Assembly (NCBI GenBank): GCA_903851365.1
Contig: CAINOB010000063.1
Coordinates: forward strand, 21,675-85,674
Source: an uncultured Bacteroidota bacterium
GTDB lineage: Bacteria; Bacteroidota; Bacteroidia; Bacteroidales; UBA12481
Length of the DNA stretch: 64,000 nucleotides
Direction: 5' to 3'
Numbering within the stretch: the stretch's first letter is position 1; each line of letters begins with the position of its first letter. The notes below the pieces were generated by a model that was not told the origin of the DNA, searched no databases, and was given only the letters and a program-made list of their open reading frames with translations. Both the position numbers and the translations under genes were made by a program. This document shows, piece after piece, positions 17,482 to 26,877 of the stretch.

Positions 17482-18927
17482 ATGAAAATTAAAGCAATCT
17501 ATCTGTTGGTAATCCTTTCAGTGTTAGCTGTCAGGGTTAATGCTCAGGAGCGGTATCAGGCAACCTGGGAGTCGCTGAAGAAGTACGAATGCCCTGATTG
17601 GTTCAGGGATGCCAAGTTTGGAATTTTCATTCACTGGGGCGTTTACTCGGTTCCGGCATTTGAATCGGAATGGTACCCGCGGCAAATGTACCAGCAGGGT
17701 TCAGCCGTTTACAAGCATCATATCGCTACGTACGGCGATCAGAAAAAATTCGGATACAAGGATTTTATCCCAATGTTCAAAGCGGAGAAATTTGACGCCA
17801 ATGAATGGATCAGCCTGTTTATTAAATCAGGTGCGAAATATGTTGTCCCGGTGGCGGAACACCACGATGGTTTTGCCATGTATAAAACCGCCCTTTCAAA
17901 ATGGAATGCAGCAGAAATGGGACCTCACAAAGATATTATCGGTGAACTGGCTGCCGCTGCGAAAAAGCAGGGCCTTATTTTTGGCCTCTCGTCCCACCGG
18001 ATTGAACATTGGTGGTTCCTGCAGGGTGGGCGTAAATTCGATTCTGATGTGATGGATCCCCAATTTGCTGATTTCTATGGGCCAGCCCGTGAACAGAATG
18101 AAACCATGTCGCCCGAGTATATGAACGACTGGCTGTTACGGTGCACTGAACTGATCGATAAATATCAGCCCCAGCTTTTCTGGTTCGACTGGTGGATCGA
18201 GCAACCTGCCCTTGAGCCTTATCGCAAATCGCTGGCAGCCTATTATTATAATAAAGGGCTGGAATGGAACAAAGGAGTAGCGATAAACTACAAAGACAAT
18301 TCGTTTCCTGATGGGACTGCTGTATATGATATTGAACGCGGAAGCAGCAAAGCCGGTAAAAAGTATCCCTGGCAGACCGATACCTCCATCGGGAAAAAAT
18401 CGTGGGGTTACATCCCGGCTGAAGATAATAAGAGCCCTAATGAGCTGATTGATGAGTTGATAGATATTGTCAGCAAGAACGGGAACCTGTTGCTGAATAT
18501 CGGACCAAAGCCTGATGGTACCATAACCCAGGAACAGCAGGATGTACTGCTTGCCATAGGTAAATGGCTGAAAATTAATGGTGAAGGAATCTATGGAACG
18601 CGTCCATGGGACATTTTCGGTGAAGGGCCGACCCAGATCGAGGGTGAATCCTTTAATGAGGGCACCGGTAAGGGCTTTACTGAAAAGGATATCAGGTTTA
18701 CGGCAAAAGGCAATGTTCTTTATGCTTTTATGCTGGATTTACCCAAGGAAAAGATTGTTATTAAAGCTTTGGCTGCCAATACGAAAGCCGGTAAAATCAC
18801 TAGTGTTGAGCTCCTTGGAAGCACTGAAAAAGTTGTCTGGGCACAAAAGCCTGAAGGATTGGTCATTCAGCCATCGAAAACATGGCCTTCAGAGTGCGCT
18901 GTGGGTTACAAAATCACAAAGCAATAA
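17482..18927 (+). CDS. Alpha-L-fucosidase, GH29
   Basis: YQATWESL, WFRDAKFGIFIHWGVYSVP, EHHDGF, nucleophile motif WFDWW and DIVSKNGNLLLNIGP. Signal peptide present. Confidence 0.95.
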   Translation: MKIKAIYLLVILSVLAVRVNAQERYQATWESLKKYECPDWFRDAKFGIFIHWGVYSVPAFESEWYPRQMYQQGSAVYKHHIATYGDQKKFGYKDFIPMFKAEKFDANEWISLFIKSGAKYVVPVAEHHDGFAMYKTALSKWNAAEMGPHKDIIGELAAAAKKQGLIFGLSSHRIEHWWFLQGGRKFDSDVMDPQFADFYGPAREQNETMSPEYMNDWLLRCTELIDKYQPQLFWFDWWIEQPALEPYRKSLAAYYYNKGLEWNKGVAINYKDNSFPDGTAVYDIERGSSKAGKKYPWQTDTSIGKKSWGYIPAEDNKSPNELIDELIDIVSKNGNLLLNIGPKPDGTITQEQQDVLLAIGKWLKINGEGIYGTRPWDIFGEGPTQIEGESFNEGTGKGFTEKDIRFTAKGNVLYAFMLDLPKEKIVIKALAANTKAGKITSVELLGSTEKVVWAQKPEGLVIQPSKTWPSECAVGYKITKQ

Positions 18928-18967
18928 GACCTTCTGACACAGAATAATTAAATAAAGGAATACTTAA

Positions 18968-20635
18968 ATGAATCTCTCTGTTAGTATTTTCAAAACAAGC
19001 CTGTTGACCATGCTTCTTATTATTGGTCTGACAATCAATGCTTCCGCACAGAATCGTCCGTTTACCCATCAGGATACTCTACGGGGATCTATCTCAAAAG
19101 AGAGAATCTGGTGGGACCTGAAATATTACCATCTGGAAGTGGCGGTAAATCCCGCTGATAGTACTTTAAAGGGCCAGAACACCATCAGGTACAAGGTCAA
19201 TAATCCTTACCAGGTGATGCAGATCGACCTGCAGGAACCCATGAAGATTTCAAAAATCTTACAGGATAATAAAGAACTAAAGTTCACCCGGGATGGCAAC
19301 GCATGGTTTGTTGAATTGAAAAAACCACAAAAGCAGGATGCGGTTAATGAATTATTGGTCCAGTTTGATGGTCGTCCGCGCATCAGCCGCAATCCACCCT
19401 GGAGCGGTGGCCTTTCGTGGCGCAAGGATAAGAATGGCGGCCCCTGGATCGTAACTACCTGTCAGGGCGATGGCGCCAGTATCTGGTGGCCGTGCAAGGA
19501 TCATCAGTACGACGAACCCGACAGCATGCTCATCAGTATCACGGTTCCCGAAGCCCTGACTGATGTCTCCAATGGCAGGTTAAGGGGTGTGATTCAGAAT
19601 GCCAATCACACCAGAACTTTCAACTGGTTTGTTTCCAATCCAATTAACAACTATGGAGTTAATATGAATATTGCGGATTATGCCCACTTCTCCGATAAAT
19701 ATCAGGGGGAAAAGGGTGTAATCGACTGCGAATATTACGTTTTGAAAGAAAATCTTGAGAAAGCAAAAACCTATTTCCAGGAGGTAACCAGGATGTTTAA
19801 GGCGCTGGAATACTGGTATGGTCCTTACCCGTTTTATGAGGATAGTTATAAACTCGTTGATGTGCCCTATCCGGGAATGGAGCACCAGAGCTCAGTAACC
19901 TATGGCAATGGGTATAAATTCGGCTATGGGGGCCGTGACGAAAGCCATACCGGGTGGGGGTTGAAGTTCGATTTTATTATTGTACACGAATCTTCGCACG
20001 AATGGTATGGTAATAGTATCACATCCAAGGATATAGCTGATATGTGGATACATGAGAGTTTTGGTGCCTATTCCGAATCGCTGTTTGTCGACTACCATTA
20101 TGGAAAGCAAGCCGGCAGCGAATACTGTATCGGAACCCGGAAAAATATCGGCAACCGTTCACCGATTATCGGCCCGTATAATGTTAATCGCGAGGGTTCG
20201 GGCGATATGTACAGCAAAGGCGCGAACATGCTGCATACGCTTCGCCAGATAGTGGATAATGATGATAAATTCAGAAATATCCTGAGGGGTCTGAGTGCAA
20301 AGTTTTATCATCAGACAGTGACTACCGAGCAGGTGGAGAATTATTTGAGCGAAGCTACCGGCTTAAACCTCAAATTGTTTTTCGATCAGTATCTTAGAAA
20401 TACCAAAATACCGGTTTTTGAATACTCTGTGGTTGGGAAAGTATTGGCATACCGGTGGAAAGATTGCATTGTTGGATTTGATATGCCACTGAAAATCAAG
20501 ATTAACAATACAGATAAGTGGGTTTATCCTATCGGGGAATTAACTCAACTGTCTGTAGATGAGAATTCAACGGTAACGGTGGACCCGGCTTTTTATGTAA
20601 TCCCGTCCGACTTGAGTAAATCATTAGAAAAATAG
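18968..20635 (+). CDS. M1 family zinc aminopeptidase
   Basis: PGMEHQ exopeptidase motif, HESSHEWYGN, WIHESF and MYSKG. Confidence 0.93.
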   Translation: MNLSVSIFKTSLLTMLLIIGLTINASAQNRPFTHQDTLRGSISKERIWWDLKYYHLEVAVNPADSTLKGQNTIRYKVNNPYQVMQIDLQEPMKISKILQDNKELKFTRDGNAWFVELKKPQKQDAVNELLVQFDGRPRISRNPPWSGGLSWRKDKNGGPWIVTTCQGDGASIWWPCKDHQYDEPDSMLISITVPEALTDVSNGRLRGVIQNANHTRTFNWFVSNPINNYGVNMNIADYAHFSDKYQGEKGVIDCEYYVLKENLEKAKTYFQEVTRMFKALEYWYGPYPFYEDSYKLVDVPYPGMEHQSSVTYGNGYKFGYGGRDESHTGWGLKFDFIIVHESSHEWYGNSITSKDIADMWIHESFGAYSESLFVDYHYGKQAGSEYCIGTRKNIGNRSPIIGPYNVNREGSGDMYSKGANMLHTLRQIVDNDDKFRNILRGLSAKFYHQTVTTEQVENYLSEATGLNLKLFFDQYLRNTKIPVFEYSVVGKVLAYRWKDCIVGFDMPLKIKINNTDKWVYPIGELTQLSVDENSTVTVDPAFYVIPSDLSKSLEK

Positions 20636-20724
20636 AGAAAAAGCGTAATTGTATTTGTTTTTCAGTTAACAGTAAACTATTTTTAGTGAGTACATGAAAA
20701 ACACTCACTTTAATCAACAAATAC

Positions 20725-22644
20725 ATGCGAAAACTTACTCTGTTACTTGCAATCGGGTTGATTGCAGCTAATCTTGCTTTTGCCCAGACCCCGGCAACCA
20801 AGGGTGATGGGAAGGTTTTCTTTTCCGAGACTTTCGGATGGGAGAACCCTGCTGATGCTAAAGGCTGGACTGCTCCGGCCGGTTATTATTTCCTCGATCC
20901 ACTGGATCTCGGTTACAACTGGGGCTGGTGGCCTGGCAATAAAGGTTTCGTTTCCAAACTTACCCAGGATCCACCCCTGAATTCTACCACCAAAGCAAAC
21001 GGTGTTATGGCCCTTTTCCTCGAAGAATACAACCAGGGCGGCGATCTTCTTACCAACCTCGATAACTCCATCGGTTTCCCAACGATCAACTGCAGCCAGC
21101 ACTCATCGGTAGTTGTTCGTTATCAGACTCATTTTATGGCCTATTGTGCCTCCCTGACCTCTCGTGCCGAGATGTGGCTGGAAGTCAGCGTCGACGACTG
21201 GGTTCATGCTGCAGCTTATAGCGTAAACTTCGGTTGCGGTCATAAACAGCGCCCACTGGATAAGCCAAAGGGTGAACCAGCTCTTCTCGAAGTAAATATT
21301 TCAGATGTCGCAGCCGGTCAGCCGAATGTCAAAATGCGTTTACATTGGTTAAATACCCGTCTTTACTACTGGGCACTCGATGATTTTGAAGTAGCTGAAG
21401 CCCAGAATAACGATCTTAAAATGAAATACGTTAAGATGGAATGGGACGACAATAATCCGAATGTCGCCATGGGTTGGATCCATAGTATTCCTAAATCACA
21501 GTTGGATGGAATTGGAGGATTCATGAACTTTGAATCATCGGCCCTTAATTTCGGTGAGTTTGACCAGGAAAATGTATATCTCGATGTGCATATTACTAAG
21601 AATGGCACCAGCGTATGGCATAAAACATCAACCCCAACCGATGTTGCAACATTAATACAGGATACCGCCAAAATTGCGGATAAATATTCGCCGACTGACT
21701 TTGGACATTATCAGATCGCCTGGGATTATAAAGCAAAGGCTACAGACGATACTCCGCTCGATAATCAGCGCATCATTCCTTTTAATGTTACCGACAGTGT
21801 TTATTCACGCTCGGATAATACCAGTGAACTTTCCTGGTCATATAGTAAGGAAAGATATACCCAGACTGCCACTTCCAACGAGGGCCACTTTGCCGGTTCA
21901 ATATTCCCGATTTTCGGTGATTGCGAAGTAAGTTCGATCTCGACTTTCATTACAGGTGGTAAGGCTGATGCACTCACAACCTATCGGTTCACCTTATGGT
22001 ATGTACCTCTCACCGAGACTGATGTAACTCCGTTTGAGCTGCTTAATACCCAGCAGATCCAGCTGGATTCAGCCGATTTTAATACCTGGGTTACCATGGC
22101 GCTCGATAAAGACGGTGAATCGGAGTTTTTACACAAAGGTGATCTGGTATATGCTGGGATCCAATATTGGAACATGAACGAAGACTATCTTATCCGCCGA
22201 AACCAGGGACTGGAGATCGGCACAGATAACTCAGTTACCCTAACGGATGCGGTCGCTATCGGGATTTATGATGGAAACATCGATTCAGGTTTGAATAGTT
22301 ATGTAGGCAGGCAGAATTTGATGTGCCGACTTAACCTTAACGACCACAGCAATCGGATCGACGGAATTGCAGGAAGGTCCATGTCTGCCTCGCTCAACCA
22401 GAACTATCCTAATCCATTTAACCGAAGCACCGAAATCAGTTATGAACTTACGGAAGGCACCAATGTGTCATTCGAAGTAATGGATGTCACGGGCCGCAAG
22501 GTGTTGGACGCTAATCAGGGTATGATGAATGCAGGAAAGCATACGTATACCTTGGATTCACAGAACCTCGAAGCCGGTATCTATTTTTACACGATTAAGG
22601 CAGGAAATTTCGTTCAGACCAAGCAAATGGTCCTAACGAAATAA
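20725..22644 (+). CDS. T9SS type A sorting domain-containing protein of unknown function
   Basis: Signal peptide and C-terminal LNQNYPNPFN...DVTGRKV...LEAGIYFYTI...TKQMVLTK. Confidence 0.9.
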   Translation: MRKLTLLLAIGLIAANLAFAQTPATKGDGKVFFSETFGWENPADAKGWTAPAGYYFLDPLDLGYNWGWWPGNKGFVSKLTQDPPLNSTTKANGVMALFLEEYNQGGDLLTNLDNSIGFPTINCSQHSSVVVRYQTHFMAYCASLTSRAEMWLEVSVDDWVHAAAYSVNFGCGHKQRPLDKPKGEPALLEVNISDVAAGQPNVKMRLHWLNTRLYYWALDDFEVAEAQNNDLKMKYVKMEWDDNNPNVAMGWIHSIPKSQLDGIGGFMNFESSALNFGEFDQENVYLDVHITKNGTSVWHKTSTPTDVATLIQDTAKIADKYSPTDFGHYQIAWDYKAKATDDTPLDNQRIIPFNVTDSVYSRSDNTSELSWSYSKERYTQTATSNEGHFAGSIFPIFGDCEVSSISTFITGGKADALTTYRFTLWYVPLTETDVTPFELLNTQQIQLDSADFNTWVTMALDKDGESEFLHKGDLVYAGIQYWNMNEDYLIRRNQGLEIGTDNSVTLTDAVAIGIYDGNIDSGLNSYVGRQNLMCRLNLNDHSNRIDGIAGRSMSASLNQNYPNPFNRSTEISYELTEGTNVSFEVMDVTGRKVLDANQGMMNAGKHTYTLDSQNLEAGIYFYTIKAGNFVQTKQMVLTK

Positions 22645-22663
22645 CAAACCAAACATTACAATT

Positions 22664-22695
22664 AAAGGGCTGCTCTAACGGGTGGCCCTTTTTTT
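22664..22695 (+). terminator. Rho-independent terminator (probably bidirectional)
   Basis: AAAGGGCTGCTC-TAAC-GGGTGGCCCTTT stem followed by a T-run, between convergent genes. Confidence 0.8.
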
Positions 22696-22705
22696 ATCCC
22701 GATAC

Positions 22706-22733
22706 CAGTCACCCGTCACTTGTCACCCGTCAC
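22706..22733 (-). repeat. Four tandem GTGAC heptamers directly after the GH78 stop codon
   Basis: The minus strand reads TAA GTGACGG GTGACAA GTGACGG GTGACTG. Confidence 0.92.
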
Positions 22734-25223
22734 TTAATCAAAAAATATTCCGCTCAGCGAAATATTGCCCCCCCTGATCTTATCGAACCTGAATTTGACA
22801 GATTTGTTATAAGAGTAAACCAGATAAATACCACCGGATGGGTCTTTTACCATTTTGACCGGTGAAATGAGATTAAGTGTCTCAGCATCAAACATCTCAA
22901 CAGCCATACGACGCCCCATCTTTTCCCAGTCGAGAAAGTAAAGAGCAATCTGATATTCTTTTGTGCCATTCATGCCGATGGTGACCGACATTGTCTGATC
23001 AGAGTTGGAATAGCAGGCAGCATTCCTTGGGAAGCCATTACCGGCATCGGGTGCCGGAGCTCTGGTTTCGGATACATTTTTCGCCCATAAAGTGGGGTCG
23101 GGCAGACCATTTTTCGGGAAAGCCCTGAAATACTCCACTGATGTCACATAGGCAGGAAGTGACTTTTTATCCGTTCCGTCCCCGTTATAGTTGCAAAGGA
23201 TGAAGCCGGCCCTGCCATATTTTCCACCCCAATTGCCTCTGGTGATGGTATCGGTTTTGATGAACCTGGCTGCGTAGGTCTCAGGCTGTTCCTGATAAAC
23301 AGGTGTTTTGCCAATGTAAGTGACAGCTATTTCGTACTTGCCCCCCTTCACCCCGGTGAAGTAAATAAATTCCGGATCCTGGTTTGATCCGCTTATGCCG
23401 GCAACAGGATGAAAGGTCCCATCCCAGGCTAATTTGCCGTTCACCATTATTCTGTTAATTGTCCTTTCAGTTTCGGGAATGCCAATCCTGCCCGTTGAGG
23501 CAACGGGTGCACTTATGCTGCATTTTCCGGATGTCATATCGAAACTGGCCGATATTATTCCAAGTGGAGTTGGAGTGGAGCCTGATACGTGCTTGAGAGA
23601 TCTGCCCGGATGTGGCAATATATCCCAGGTTTTAAATCCTGGAGATGTCGGAACAATTCCGAGAATTTCTTCATTGAGCCATTTAACGACTCCGGCACCC
23701 CAGGGATGGCATAGGCTGGTAATTCCTGACTGAGTATTGGGAACGGCATCATTGGGTCCAATTATTTTATTCCATGAGGGCCGGTAACATTCGAATGGCG
23801 TGGTTCCGCCGTAGTCAGCCATTCCTCCCCACATATCCCTTACCGAACTGATGGCATCGTCATACTTCTCTATTCGGGCCAGGGCCTGGATGATAAAATA
23901 TTGGTTGAAAGGTGATAGGGACAAACGGTTTACCCTGTCGGTGAACCACTTGTTGTACATTGATTTTTGCTCATCAGGAGTTAATAGTCCTGTATTGATA
24001 GCATCAGCATCCGCATGGATCCCGTATGTCGCATACCAATCACCGGATTTCCTGAGACTTGCAATTTTTTCACTGGCATACTGAGCATATTTTTTCTGCA
24101 GATCCTCTCTTCCAAAGTTTTTCATTGCTTTGGCAAAATCCTGCCATACCCTGATCGATAACATTTTATAGGCATTCTCGGCTTCCGGGCTTTTCTTGAA
24201 CCAGATTTCAAAACCGGCACACAGCCGCTCGTCCCATCCATAAAAATGCAAATCCGGATTGGTGCCAAAAACTTTATAGGCATCATCTAACTTTTTACAG
24301 GCATTATCGAGGTATTGAGTCATGGCTGTATGGTCGCCGGTGTATTGGTAATAATCCAGCAGGCTCAGCACCCAGTATAATGAATAGCTTCTGATACCAT
24401 TGCTTTGTCCTGATGTATTATCGATATTCTTCTTTATGAAATCAAAATTCCCAAAGGCCACGAGCGAAGCCGCCTGTGAAGTATGTGCATCACCTGTCCA
24501 GGACATTCGGTCGCCGCGATCCATTAATATTGCACCGAAATAGTCTTTGCACAGGGAGGCTCTGACTCCATAAGCCGATAGGTACCATGCTCTGGTTAAT
24601 ACCGGATCGCTGCATGAAAAACTGCCGTTATAGTTGGCTGGCTTAACCTGACAAACTGCTCTGATACCAGTGATATGCCATTTGGCAGTAAACGATTTTA
24701 CGTGTATAAAGGCAAACCTTACACCATCGTAAAGCTCCTTGTTTAATTCCAATCGCCAGGTATTGCCGTATCTGACAGGTATAGCGGTTTTATCAACACC
24801 GGTTTCATTATATTCACTGATACTCATCTCAACACCGCCAGGGCAATCAGGACTGTCGAATTCCACCCATGCTCCCATTTCCACACCAAAATCAATTCTG
24901 ATAGACCCGGTATCCCTGATCTCGGTATTCGGAGTGCCTTTTAACGACTCAAGATTACCGAACGATGATTTTGGGAAAGCCTGGACAGATGTTGGCTTAA
25001 TCAGAAAAACTTCCAGCACGTCAGCTGTAGTTGGATTTGACCATCTGTAATTTACCAGTGGATCGGGAGATTCTGGTATGGCTTTACCTTCGGTTTTACC
25101 TGATAGATATGGATAAGGCTGCGGTACGGGGGATTTTTGAAATAAATCCTGACTATATACAGTGATAAAGCTAAAGCCGGCCATCAATAGTGCCGACAGG
25201 AGATGGAAAAGTGCGTTTTTCAT
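22734..25223 (-). CDS. GH78-like alpha-L-rhamnosidase ((alpha/alpha)6) with extra C-terminal domain
   Basis: IDFGVE, GSFSCSDPVL, MDRGDRMSWTGD, GGTTPFE, SLCHPWGAG and GSTPTPLG. Signal peptide present. Confidence 0.8.
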   Translation of the reverse strand: MKNALFHLLSALLMAGFSFITVYSQDLFQKSPVPQPYPYLSGKTEGKAIPESPDPLVNYRWSNPTTADVLEVFLIKPTSVQAFPKSSFGNLESLKGTPNTEIRDTGSIRIDFGVEMGAWVEFDSPDCPGGVEMSISEYNETGVDKTAIPVRYGNTWRLELNKELYDGVRFAFIHVKSFTAKWHITGIRAVCQVKPANYNGSFSCSDPVLTRAWYLSAYGVRASLCKDYFGAILMDRGDRMSWTGDAHTSQAASLVAFGNFDFIKKNIDNTSGQSNGIRSYSLYWVLSLLDYYQYTGDHTAMTQYLDNACKKLDDAYKVFGTNPDLHFYGWDERLCAGFEIWFKKSPEAENAYKMLSIRVWQDFAKAMKNFGREDLQKKYAQYASEKIASLRKSGDWYATYGIHADADAINTGLLTPDEQKSMYNKWFTDRVNRLSLSPFNQYFIIQALARIEKYDDAISSVRDMWGGMADYGGTTPFECYRPSWNKIIGPNDAVPNTQSGITSLCHPWGAGVVKWLNEEILGIVPTSPGFKTWDILPHPGRSLKHVSGSTPTPLGIISASFDMTSGKCSISAPVASTGRIGIPETERTINRIMVNGKLAWDGTFHPVAGISGSNQDPEFIYFTGVKGGKYEIAVTYIGKTPVYQEQPETYAARFIKTDTITRGNWGGKYGRAGFILCNYNGDGTDKKSLPAYVTSVEYFRAFPKNGLPDPTLWAKNVSETRAPAPDAGNGFPRNAACYSNSDQTMSVTIGMNGTKEYQIALYFLDWEKMGRRMAVEMFDAETLNLISPVKMVKDPSGGIYLVYSYNKSVKFRFDKIRGGNISLSGIFFD

Positions 25224-25275
25224 AGGATAAAGATAATCAGTACCATTTCATTAATTACGGCTACAACGGGAGGAT

Positions 25276-25869
25276 TTGCATGGAATGGTGGGAACATTAT
25301 CGCAAGACAATATTTACCTGATTTCCTATGCCGATGGGACCGCTTTTTTAGATGCATTGAGCAAAGCCGGTATAAATTCAAGAATAAAAATTTACGGGGC
25401 TTCGGCATTTGCCCAGAGCAGTTCATTAACGGCAAACCAGTCGGCTGCCGGATTTGCTGAACAATCCATGCTTCAATGTCCGGTTTTTGGTTTCGATGAA
25501 GAGGCTGCGTCAATTTATAATCCGATACAGATCCGGATTTTTAATACCATAGGCTCCAATGTAAGTATTTATGCATTGGCAGCATATGATATCCTCTGGA
25601 CGACCGTAATTGCCAGGTTAACCCAGGAGAATAATCCTGACTTTGCTGCTTTCAAAGCACATTTTATTGAAACTGCTGCCGGATATTACGGAGCAACCGG
25701 CCGCACTGAACTGGATACAAACGGCGACCGCATGCACGCCATTTACGATTTCTGGACCATCGGGAATGCTAATAGCAAATATGTATGGCAATTATCGGCC
25801 AAATATAATACCACGGACAAATCACTCAGAAGGATTCACCTCAATGCAGGGGCGTTCCGACTACCTTAA
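25276..25869 (+). pseudogene. C-terminal half of a type-1 periplasmic binding protein (LivJ/K-like), N-terminally truncated
   Basis: YALAAYDILW and YYGATGRTELDTNGDR..YDFW are PBP1 C-terminal motifs. There is an in-frame TAA at 25252 and no signal peptide or N-lobe. Confidence 0.6.
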
Positions 25870-26665
25870 ATACTGGAGTCTTTTTGAGGCAATAGTTAAA
25901 GTAAATCCACTTACCTGAGGCAAACCTTCGATAAGTTGGTGAACCTTTGGCACCAGCGAAATTAAGCGCTATCCTGCGCAGAAATTTTGGTACAAGGGTC
26001 CTCACAAGATATCGTCTGCGGTTATCGTCAAGTTCCAGCGCTTTCACAACCTGGGGAGTAACAATATCCTCACCAATAATTTCAAGTCCTGATCCTCCAA
26101 AGTGCTCAAGAAGTCCAGGGATTTGATCGTGTCCCCGGAAATCTGTGATCAGAAAAACCCCTTCAGGCCGGAGCAGGCGCCTAACCTCATTAAGAAAGAG
26201 ATTTAGATTTTCATAACGGTGACTTGACTCCACGTTTATGATGACATCAAATGAATTGTCAGGTAAGGGGATTTGCTGTGCATTTCCCTGTATAAATGAT
26301 AACCCCGGTTTGCTCCAGTGCTTATTGCAGAATTCTACCGCTGTTGGATCCAGGTCGATCCCGGTAGCCGATAATGGCTGAAGAAGCTTTGTCAGAAAAG
26401 CCAATCCTCCTCCGCGTCCGCAACCAATTTCCAGGATATCCTTGTTTTGCAGGTCATGCGCTCTGACTAACTGATGATATAGCTGAATTGGAAAACGGTT
26501 TGGTTCATCTTTTGCTTCGAGGGAAATATTATCGGTGTCCTCTGCAAATCCGTAGTTCATAAAAACAACTTCGGCTTTCTTGTCGGCGTTGTTAACAAAG
26601 CGATACCAACTCCTGAAGAACCCCTCCACGAATAGGTCAATAATGAATTTTTTGATTTTTTTCAC
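25841..26665 (-). CDS. Class I SAM-dependent methyltransferase
   Basis: ILEIGCGRGGG motif I, FMNYG, LYHQ and FDVIINVESSH.Y, resembling the fatty-acid/phthiotriol O-methyltransferase-like group. GTG start. Confidence 0.88.
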   Translation of the reverse strand: MKKIKKFIIDLFVEGFFRSWYRFVNNADKKAEVVFMNYGFAEDTDNISLEAKDEPNRFPIQLYHQLVRAHDLQNKDILEIGCGRGGGLAFLTKLLQPLSATGIDLDPTAVEFCNKHWSKPGLSFIQGNAQQIPLPDNSFDVIINVESSHRYENLNLFLNEVRRLLRPEGVFLITDFRGHDQIPGLLEHFGGSGLEIIGEDIVTPQVVKALELDDNRRRYLVRTLVPKFLRRIALNFAGAKGSPTYRRFASGKWIYFNYCLKKTPVFKVVGTPLH

Positions 26666-26877
26666 GATGCTGGTTTGGGAAATTATATATGTTAATAACT
26701 AAATATTATTAAAAATATTTGATAATAAAGAATTTATAAGCTGTTAAGTGATTAACGGGCAGTCGGGAAAAGCCCTTTTTAACAAAGAATTTTCTGCATT
26801 TAAGTGCACAGATTCGGTAACCATTTGAGCCGGATTTCTTGGCGATTCATTAGATTTACGGTTGATAAACCTATACC

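Noticed and set aside
25841-26665. Methyltransferase as a DNA methylase or defence gene
   Set aside because: It lacks DPPY/NPPY or PC motifs, has no nuclease neighbour and looks like a small-molecule O-methyltransferase.
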